Source: Rhodovibrionaceae bacterium GXU_MW_A322 (GTDB taxonomy: Bacteria > Pseudomonadota > Alphaproteobacteria > Kiloniellales > DSM-21159). Taken from it: DNA of 64,000 nucleotides. The first letter of the stretch is position 1; each line of letters opens with the position of its first letter. Below the pieces are notes generated by a model. That model made no database searches, was not told the origin of the DNA, and saw only the letters and a program-made list of their open reading frames with translations. Shown piece by piece: positions 28,884-37,900 of this stretch. The stretch is taken from the NCBI GenBank assembly GCA_052078155.1, contig JBQJBP010000006.1, positions 34,581-98,580 on the forward strand, written 5' to 3'. The position numbers and the translations under genes are program-made.

Positions 28884-29999
28884 ATGGGAAAACTGAAGCA
28901 GGAAGTATCGACAATTGTCGGCTATTTGCTTTTTGGGGGTGTTGCTGTCTATGGCGACGCGCTCATACCCACGGCTTTGCCGGGTTATCTCGCTGCCCTG
29001 GTTTTTGTTCTGCTGTTCACAGTCATGCTCTGGCTGGCTTTTTCCGTGGTCCGTCATGCGGAGTGCCTGGCGGAGCTTCTCGGGGAGCCTTACGGAACGC
29101 TGATCCTGACCCTTTCAGTGATCGGTATTGAGGTGGCACTGATTTCCTCTGTCATGATCACCGGTGCAGACCGTCCCACCCTGGCGCGGGACACCATGTT
29201 TTCTGTGGTCATGATCGTTCTGAACGGTCTGGTGGGGCTCAGTCTTGTAACCGGCGGGCTGAAGCATCGCTTTCAGGACTACAATCTGAAAGGGGCCAAC
29301 GCCTATCTTGCTGTGTTGATCCCTTTGGCGGTCCTGACCCTGGTGCTGCCACGGTTCTCCCATTCGGCCCCGGGAGGGGAGATGTCTCTTTTGCAGGCAG
29401 GCTTCTTCATCGTGATGTCCCTGCTGCTTTACGGCGTTTTTCTGGCGATCCAGACCGTCACCCATACCGACATGTTCAAGTTTCCAACCCAGATCAACGC
29501 GGAGGGACAGGTCGAAGATGGCGGTCACCATAGCCTGGTTGTGCATTCCATCCCCTTCCACGCCTTCGCGCTGATCGCAGCCATGCTGCCCATCGTTTTG
29601 CTGTCCAAAAAGATGGCCATTTATGTGGAATTCGGCATCGAGTTCCTCGGTGCCCCCGTCGCGCTGGGCGGCTTCCTGATTGCCGCCCTTGTGCTGACGC
29701 CGGAAGGTCTGGGCGCCATCAAGGCAGCCCGCAGCAATCAGTTGCAGCGGGCGGTTAACATCTGCCTGGGCTCAGCTTTGGCGACCATTGGTCTGACGGT
29801 GCCTGCCGTGCTGATCATCGGCATGATCATGGGCAGCCCGGTGGAGCTTGGGCTTATTCCGGTTGATATCATTGTCCTGCTGCTGACCCTGGTGGTCTCT
29901 CTGGTCACCTTTGTTTCTGCCCGCACCAATTTTCTGCTGGGGGCAGTTCACCTTTCTCTCTTTGCCGCCTACGTGATGATGATCTTCGACGGAAAGTAG
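28884..29999 (+). CDS. chaA: Ca2+/H+ antiporter, CaCA family (ChaA-like)
   Basis: 371 aa with 11 TM helices and duplicated alpha-repeat regions (GNAYLAVLIP..., GLGAIKAARSNQLQRAVNICLGSAL) typical of ChaA-type antiporters. Confidence 0.7.
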   Translation: MGKLKQEVSTIVGYLLFGGVAVYGDALIPTALPGYLAALVFVLLFTVMLWLAFSVVRHAECLAELLGEPYGTLILTLSVIGIEVALISSVMITGADRPTLARDTMFSVVMIVLNGLVGLSLVTGGLKHRFQDYNLKGANAYLAVLIPLAVLTLVLPRFSHSAPGGEMSLLQAGFFIVMSLLLYGVFLAIQTVTHTDMFKFPTQINAEGQVEDGGHHSLVVHSIPFHAFALIAAMLPIVLLSKKMAIYVEFGIEFLGAPVALGGFLIAALVLTPEGLGAIKAARSNQLQRAVNICLGSALATIGLTVPAVLIIGMIMGSPVELGLIPVDIIVLLLTLVVSLVTFVSARTNFLLGAVHLSLFAAYVMMIFDGK

Positions 30000-30033
30000 G
30001 CGACGTTAGATCGCTTGATGCAGTTAGAGAGGT

Positions 30034-30663
30034 TTGCAGGTGCTGGACGGTGTTAAAGTTGTTGCCTGGGACTATGACGGGGTCTTGAACCGGAATATCC
30101 AGTCTGGCCGGTTCCTCTGGGCCGATAATTTTGAGCGGGACCTGGGTCAGTCCCTGTCCTTCTTCGAAAACTACATGTTCTGCCAGAACCTCGCAGATAT
30201 CCTGACCGGTAAGGAGGATCTACGGGATCGGGTGATGGCCTGGGGGCAGGAAGTTGGTTTTGCGCCCGGGCCAGATCAGCTGCTGGACTACTGGTTCTCC
30301 CGGGACAGCTTTCCTGATCCAGAGATCCCGGCAGTAATGAAGAAATTGTCAGACCGTGGCTTTGTTCAGGTGATCGCCACGAACAATGAGACGCGCCGGG
30401 TCCGTTACATTGAAGAGAATCTGGGGTGGGGACGAAAGGTGGACCGGGTCTTTGCCTCCGGCAGGCTGGGGATCGCAAAGCCAGACCTTCAGTTCTATGA
30501 CGCGGTGACAGCGGCTCTGGGTGTTGACCCTCATGAGATTCTGTTCTTCGACGATGGGGCAGAGAATGTTGGCTCAGCCCGCTCCTATGGCTGGTCAGCC
30601 CATCACTTTACCGAAGAAACACGCCCGACCCTGCTGGCTGACCTTGCCGCTTGTCTGAGATAG
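30034..30663 (+). CDS. HAD-superfamily hydrolase
   Basis: VVAWDYDGVL (motif I DxDG), ...ATNNE..., FFDDGAENV (motif IV); 209 aa. Confidence 0.7.
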   Translation: MQVLDGVKVVAWDYDGVLNRNIQSGRFLWADNFERDLGQSLSFFENYMFCQNLADILTGKEDLRDRVMAWGQEVGFAPGPDQLLDYWFSRDSFPDPEIPAVMKKLSDRGFVQVIATNNETRRVRYIEENLGWGRKVDRVFASGRLGIAKPDLQFYDAVTAALGVDPHEILFFDDGAENVGSARSYGWSAHHFTEETRPTLLADLAACLR

Positions 30664-30665
30664 AT

Positions 30666-30807
30666 CTCAGAGCATGATCGTTTTAGTCAGAAGCACTTTG
30701 CGCTTGTGCCTAAACCGTGAATCACCCTCTAACAGATTGAAAAGAGGCTTATTCACGTCTTGTTTGAAAACACCTCGTGATTCCAAATGAGACGATAAGG
30801 CTCTAAG
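30666..30807 (+). repeat. full-length modular MITE-like element (modules A-B-C')
   Basis: ctcagagcatgatcgttttagtcagaagcactttgcgcttgtgcctaaaccgtgaatcaccctctaacagattgaaaagaggcttattcacgtcttgtttgaaaacacctcgtgattccaaatgagacgataaggctctaag; its terminus supplies the stop of the gene ending at 30803. Confidence 0.85.
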
Positions 30808-31582
30808 GCAGAAATCCTTCACCGATTTGCGCTGCATCAATGGCGGTTTGCAGGTTGTTGATCTGCTCTGTCAGGGTGCGCAGACGGTTTTGCTCCCGTG
30901 GCAGTTCCACGCGACAGTCGCGTTTGTATTCCAGTTGTGCATGTTCGCGAACCTTGACCGCGCACTGTCTGAAATCGACAGAAAAGAGGCCTCTGCATTC
31001 GTCATAAACGTTGTGGGTGTCGTCATATCTGCTGGTACAGCCCTGGCAGGTGCCACATTGCTGTTGCCGGGTCAGCACCCACTTTCCAAGCATTCTCTGT
31101 TCTGCCGTCAGTTCCTCCAGCAGAGTGACCTGCTCTTCCAGCATCTGGGCCTTGGTTTCAGCCTTTTCAGCTGCCAGGGCCTCTTTTTCTTCTGCCTGCT
31201 GTTCAGCATCTCTTTGAACCAGCTGCTCTTCCCGGGACCAGACCACCAGATCAATGGCCTCTTCATAGTGCTCCCCGGTTCGACCCGTCTTGACCAGGTA
31301 ATCCAGCAGGACCTGCTCTGCTTCTGCAAATTCACCGCTCTCAAACAGCAGCTTGCCTTCGTAGAAAGTGATTGAAAAATCAACCGGCAGGTTGAGCGCA
31401 CGCATCTGCTTCAGCGCTTCGATGGCTTCTTCGTGCTGGTCTCTTTCCAGAAAGACTTCGACCTGGCGGGACAAGAGATCAAACTTCACTTCTGGCGGCA
31501 GCCCCTGAGCAGATGCCTGCTGAAAGGCTGGGCTGAAGATCAATGCCGCTAAGATCAGGCAGCCGGAAAGAAACTTGATCAT
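30803..31582 (-). CDS. secreted hypothetical protein with helical/coiled-coil region and Cys-rich C-terminal segment
   Basis: Signal peptide MIKFLSGCLILAALIFSPAFQQASA; TPR-like or coiled-coil middle (EAIEALKQMRALNL..., EEKEALAAEKAETKAQMLEEQVTLLEEL); C-terminal CGTCQGCTSRYDDTHNVYDECRG...C...C. Bracketed by two MITE copies. Confidence 0.6.
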   Translation of the reverse strand: MIKFLSGCLILAALIFSPAFQQASAQGLPPEVKFDLLSRQVEVFLERDQHEEAIEALKQMRALNLPVDFSITFYEGKLLFESGEFAEAEQVLLDYLVKTGRTGEHYEEAIDLVVWSREEQLVQRDAEQQAEEKEALAAEKAETKAQMLEEQVTLLEELTAEQRMLGKWVLTRQQQCGTCQGCTSRYDDTHNVYDECRGLFSVDFRQCAVKVREHAQLEYKRDCRVELPREQNRLRTLTEQINNLQTAIDAAQIGEGFLP

Positions 31583-31649
31583 CAAAGTGGGTCCTAACGC
31601 GGAAAAACAAAAATCACAGCTACCCGGGCGTTCATTCAAAGGGACATTC

Positions 31650-31775
31650 ATTAGAGCATGATCGCTCGCCTAGGAAGCCCTTTATGCTCTAACGTAAACC
31701 GTAAATCATCCTCTAACCTGTTGAAAAGAGGATAATTCATGCTTCGTGTTCGCTCACCTGGCGGTGTCCCTTAGA
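31650..31775 (+). repeat. truncated MITE-like element (modules A-B and partial C)
   Basis: ttagagcatgatcgctcgcc...aaaccgtaaatcatcctctaacctgttgaaaagaggataattcatgcttcgtgttcgctcacctgg. Confidence 0.75.
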
Positions 31776-31920
31776 TTGCTTGATGCGGTTGCATCGAGAA
31801 AACCGAACAGACTCTGAGAGCCGGGTAAAGCCCGTCAGCCGTTTGCGGCCATGGTAGAGCATTCTTAACAGTTAATCATCCTTTTGGCGAAGAGATCACA
31901 TCCGATCAGAAAGCCCCTGT

Positions 31921-34900
31921 TTACTGCAACAGAGTTTCGATGATCTGGGCCAGATGTCTGGCGTTGTTGCCCTGCACCAAACTGCCGTGGTTGCCTGGAA
32001 CCCAGTGCAGATGCACAGCGCCCTGTGCCAGCTGGTCCCAATGCAAAAGAGCGGGCCCGTCAGCCTCTTCTTTCGCCCGCACCAGATGCAGATCCCCGGA
32101 CCAGTGGTCGGGATGAAAGGCTGCCAACGCGTTGCTGTTCTTCCGGGTCACCGAGAGCATGCGTTGCAGACCGGGCAGATCCAGAGTGGGCGGCAGGTTG
32201 GGGTGTCCCCTGGCGAGATCCAGCAGCAGGGTCAGGCGCGCTTCTTCTGTTGCTTTGTGCCAGCTCGCGGGATCCAGAGGCAGGTCGGTGGACAAGAGCG
32301 CACGGAACAACTCTGAATCTCGGTGGGGTGCCGGAGAAGGGCTCTCGCTTGCTGTGTCTTTTGTCTGGGCCATTGCATCGATGATGATCAGCGAACCAAC
32401 CTGTCCCCGTGAGGCTTTCAGCTTTTGCCCCAGCGCGTAAGCCAGGTGACCGCCAAAGGACCAGCCTGCCAGAGCGATACGGTCGGACGGGCTGCCCAGT
32501 ATGCCCTTGTCCTGAAGTTGCTGCAGGCAACGTTCTGCCAGCTCTTCCAGGCTTTCCTCAGGATCCGGGCTGCCGGACAGCAGGCCATTGGATTGCAGCG
32601 ACAAAACAGGGCGGGCCTGGCTGAAGTGCCGACTGACACCATAGGCCCAAAGACCATAGCCGGTAGCGGGGGGCAGACAGATCAAAGGGGCACCGTCACC
32701 GCCGCTGTTGACCGTCAGCCAGGGATCGTTGCTCGGAGGGCTTTCCTGGGGCAGTTGATCCAAGGCCCGTGCCAGGTGCCTTGCGCTGGGATGTTCAAAC
32801 ACCAGAGACAGCGGCACAGGGCGCTGCAGCCAGGTTTCGAGACGTTCGGCCAGTTGCACTGCCATGAGAGAGTGGCCGCCGCATTCAAAGAAGTTGCTGG
32901 CGGAGGACAGCGCAGAATTGCCAGCCTGCGGAGGCAGGATGCTCTGCCAGATGTCGAGCAGCGAGGGCAACAGGGAAGAGTCGCCGGTCTCTGCCTCAGA
33001 ACCTTTGGACTCCGGCCCAGGGGAAACGCTCATGCCGGGCAGAACTGTTGAAGCGCTTTCTGATGCCGCTTCTGATCCCTTGTTCAGGGTCTCTGCCAGA
33101 AACAGAGGCAGGTCCGGACTGCTGACGATTTGTTGCACCAGGCTCTCATAGGTCCGGGCCATCTGGTTCAGGGTTTCAGCCTCAAAGAGGTCACTGTTGT
33201 ATTCAAACCCGCCAGAAAGCTCTCGCTGGCCCTGTTCGTTCTCCCGTTCCTCCAGGAACAGACTGAGATCTACCTTGGCAATGGGTGGGGCCAGTTCCAG
33301 CCGGGAAACGTCAAGATTGGGCAGGTCCAGACGCTGGCTGTCCAGCTGAGGGGTATGGTTGTCCAGCGTGAACATGACCTGGAACAGGGGATTGGCAGAG
33401 AGATTGCGGGGCGGAGAGAGCCGTTCGACCACCTGATCGAAGGGCACTTCGTCATGCTCGAAAGCCGCTAAAGCCCGGGTGCGCACGTCCGACAGAAACT
33501 CTGTGAAGCTCTGCCCTGCCTTGGGAGTCAGCCGCAAGACAACCGTGTTGACAAAAAGACCTACAAGAGAGGTCAGTGCGGGATCCTTCCGGCCCGCGAC
33601 CACGGTGCCGATGGGCAAGTCGCTGCCACCGCCCAGGTGATTGAGCAAGGCTGCAAAAGAGGCCGTCATGGTCATAAAGAGGCTGCAGTCATTTTCCGCA
33701 GACAGAGCATTCAGGGCTGCCAGTTGAGGACCAGAGAAGGTGAGTGGATGGATGGCTCCCCGATAGCTGGGCTGGCGGGGACGCGCGTGGTCCAGGGGTA
33801 GAGGCAGAAGCGTTGGGCTACCTGCCAGCTCCCGTTCCCAGAAGTCCAGTTCCCGGTCAAACACCCCGGCTTTCCGGCGGTTTCTTTGCCAGTGAATGTA
33901 ATCCACGTAGCTGATTGCGGCGGGTGACCGGGCGCTTTCACGACCTGACAACAGGGCTTTGTAGGCCTGGCTGATTTCTTCCGCGATTTCCCCTGAAGAC
34001 CAGCCATCGGCCACCAGATGGTGCAGGGTAATGATCAGTGCCCAACTGCTGTCTGACAGCTGAAACAGCTGTGCCCTTATGGGCCAGTCTTTTGTCAGAT
34101 CAAAGGGCCGCAATGCCGCTTTAGCCAGGTGTTTTTGCTGCAGAGGGCGAGGAACCTCTCTGAGGTCTCTTTCTGTCAGAAGACCGCTGACGGCGGGGCC
34201 AGAGCCATCTGCTGGCCTGCCCGAAGTCGTGTTGTCTTCCAGGGCATCTGTAACAAGGTAGGGATTGCCTTTTTGGCTTAGGAACCGGCTGCGCAGTTGC
34301 GGTTGATTGCGCACCAGATGATCAAGAGCCTTGCTCAGCGCTTCCCGATCCAGCTGGCCTGTCAGTTTCAGGGCCAGCGGTATGAGGTAGGCCTGCGCTG
34401 CATCTTCGCCCCCCAGTCGATCAAGAAACCACAGCCGTTCCTGCTGGAAGGAAAGGGGGGCAGGGCTTTGCTGTGCGACCGGTGTCAGGGCTGGGGAGGC
34501 AGGTTCCTGAACCCCACTGTCGCCGTTGTTGTCTGCCGCCAGACTTTCAGCCAGATCGCAGATCCGTGGCGTTTCAAAGAGCCGCCGGGGGGCAATCTCC
34601 CGTCCCAGATGGTCGCTGAGCCTGGCGGCCATTTGCAAGGCCAGAAGGGAGTGGCCGCCCAGTTCAAAGAAATGCGCCGTGCGGGTCAGCTGTTTCTGTT
34701 CCAGCAGTGTTTCGTAGAGCTCTGCCAGGACCTGTTCCAGTGGGTTCTGGGGTGCTTGACCGACAGATGCTGTGTCTTGTTGGGTTGGCGACGGCAGAGC
34801 CTTCCTGTCGATTTTGCCGGAGGGGGTTAAGGCAAAGGCGGGAAGGACAAGCAGGTGGCTGGGCTGCATGTAGTCTGGCAGCTGCTGTTTCAACTGCTGC

Positions 34901-37900
34901 TGCAGGTGTGGCACCAGGGCGTCACCGTCGTTGGTGCACCCGGACGTGGGCACCAGATAGGCAACCAGCTGTTCTTGCCGCAGCAGCACCAGTGCCTGCT
35001 CGATGTCTGGATGACTGGTCAGGCAGGCTTCGATTTCGCCCGGTTCAATCCTGAAGCCTCTGAGCTTAATCTGGTGATCCCGTCGACCCAGGAACTCGAT
35101 GGAGCCATCAGCCCGCCAACGGGCCTGGTCGCCCGTGCGGTAGAGACGGGCCCCCTTCACGTAGGGATCGCTGGGGAACGACTTTGCGCTCAGATCCGCA
35201 CGCTGATGGTATTCCCGCGCCAGACCTATGCCCCCCAGACAGAGCTCTCCAACCACGCCGACGGGAACCGGCTGCAAATTGTCGTCCAGCACGTAGCAGC
35301 GCCGTCCGGCAAGCGGTCTGCCAATGGAGGCACCAAAGGGGTGGCTGTGGCTGTTGTCGTCGGTGATTTCCCGGGCTGTGGCCGTGACAGTGGCTTCTGT
35401 CGGACCATAGGCATTGATCAGGCGCGGTCGGACGGCTGGTGCCAGCTGTTGCCAGTGGTCCAGATCCGTTGCCCGGATCGCTTCCCCGCCAAGTGAGATG
35501 AGTTTGCTGTCAGGGATCAGATGCGGCTGCTCCACCCAGCTGCTTACCAATCCGCGCCAGTAGGCCGTTGGCAGATCCAGCCAGGTGATCGAAAACTCGC
35601 GGCTCAGTCGCTTGAGTTCCCGGGCCGTCCAGGCCTGATCTTCCAGGAACACCAGCCCGGCTCCTGCCCGCAGGGGAAGCAGGATTTGATCCAGGGCCGT
35701 GTCAAACGCCAGAGAGGCCGTTTCCAGGGTGCGATCACCAGGCGCCAGGGCGATAACCTGTTCCAGCCCGGCCTGATGATCGGCCAGGGCACCCTGTTCA
35801 ATCGTCACCCCCTTGGGTTTGCCGGTCGATCCGGAGGTATAGAGCAGATAGGCCGCATTGTTTCGCCAGCCGTGCGGGGGCTCCTCGGGATCCGTTGGGA
35901 GCGGGGAGGTCTCGGCATCCGGCTCTGTCAGGGTCACGTCCAGGCAGGGGTAACCCTGGAAGAGCCCATCCTCACATGCCCCAGGCTCAGTCAGGTTCAG
36001 TTTCTCAGTCAGGATCAGTTTGGGGGCCGCATCTTCCAGGATCAAACGGCGGCGCTCCGCTGGCTGCTTGGGGTCCAGAGGCAGCAGGCAGGCTCCGGCC
36101 CGCCAGACCGCCAGGAGAGCGACGATGGCAAGAGGGCGACGGGGCAGGGCCAGAACCACTTTGTCTTCGCTTTCAACTCCGTGAGCTTTGATTTGCTTGG
36201 CGAGCTGTTCAACGGCTTGCCAGAGCCGGGCGTAAGACCAGCTTTCCTGCTCACTCAGCAACGCCAGTTCCTGGGGTTGATTTCGAGCGGCCCGGGCAAT
36301 GTCCAGAATAACCGGCCGGGGACTTGCGGGCAGGTCCGGCCCACTGGCCCAGTCCTCTGTCAGGCGCTGGTGTTGATCGGGGGACAGCAGGGGGAGGTCG
36401 GCAAGTGTCCGGTCCGGATTTTCCAGCACTTCGGCCAGCAGCTGACTGAAGAGTCTGCAAAAGCCTTCCACACTTTGCCGATCGAAGATCTGGCTGTTGT
36501 ATTCCATCATGCCCAGCAAGACTGCTGGTTCGTCTGGTGCTGTGACTTCACGCAGATGCAGGCTGAGGTCCATCTTGGCCGTCGGGCTCTCCAGATGCTC
36601 TTCCTGCAGGCTGAGGTCTGCTGTGAGCTGCCGGGGCCCGCTGTCTGCCTCATCCAGTGCAAACATCACCTGGAACAGAGGATTGTGCGACAGGCTGCGC
36701 TCGGGACGCAGTGCCTCAACCACCTGTTCGAATGGCACATCTCCCTGTCCGTAGGCCTCTAAGGCCGTGGTTTTGACCTGTTTCAGAAACTCTGAAAATG
36801 TCAGATGGCTTTGCGGCTGCAGGCGCAGGATCAGCGTATTGACAAAGAGCCCTACCAGTTCGTCCAGTTCGGAATGGTTTCGCCCGGCCAGGGCTGTACC
36901 CAGAGCCATGTCGTCCCCGCCGCCCAAGCGTTTCAGCAGCAGGGAAAAGGCCGCTGCCAGGGTCATAAACAGCGTCGTGCCTGCTTGCTTGCTGAGGGCT
37001 TTCAAGCCGACAAGCGTTTCTGTCTCAATGGTGAAAGGGCAGGCGCCCCCGTCGTAAGACTGAAGGGCGGCGCGTGGGCGATCCAACGGCAGGTCCAGCA
37101 GCTCTGGTAGGCCCGACAGCTTTTCTTTCCAATAAGTTAGCGAGGGCTCGAACAATCCTCGTGCCTGGGCCTGTCGCTGCCAGCGGGCATAGTCCAGATA
37201 GCTGACCGGGACAGCAGAGCTTCCGGGCTTTGACCCTGCTGAGGTCTGGGCGGGGGCCAGTGCGGCCTGATAGGCAGCAGGCAGGTTGTTGTGCAGCCAG
37301 CGCAGAGACCATCCATCGGCGGCCAGATGATGCAACGTAAGAAGCAGGGTCCAGTCCTGATCGCTGCGCTTCAGCAAGCAGGCTCTCAGGGGCCATTCCT
37401 GAGTCAGGTCGAATGGCTGAAAGGCCAGGCCCCTGATTGTGCGGGTCTCTTCATCCTCGCTCAATCCCGCAAGGGACAGCAGGGGGAGGGGCTGGTCCGC
37501 AGCCGGGTCAACTTTCTGGCAGATCTCGCCGTTGATCTGAACAATTAGGGTGCGCAGCACCGGTTGTCGCGCCACCAGCGCCGACAGAGCCGTTTGCAGA
37601 GCCGCAGCGTCTAGGGCGCCACGCAGACGGAGGCTAACCGGCATGAGATAGGCAAGTCTGGCTTTGTCACTGTCGGCCCTGTTTCTATCGTCCGGACCTT
37701 TTGGAGCCGGGGCGTCGCTGTCGCCGTTCATGTTGTCCAGGAACCAGAGGCGTTCCTGCTGGAACGTCAGCGGGCCTGTTGTTTTGTCAGGGTCCGCCTG
37801 GAGTACCGGTTTGTGCCGGGATGACGAGCCAAGTCCATCCAGCGCGATTTCCAGACCCCGGGCTGTGGGCGCTTCAAAGAGCAGGCGCAAGGGCACGTCC

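Noticed and set aside
5591-31775. Possibility that the dispersed repeats are a CRISPR array
   Set aside because: Copies are ~130 bp, irregularly spaced over 26 kb, in both orientations, with internal modular structure and terminal inverted repeats. There are no short regular repeat-spacer units and no cas genes.
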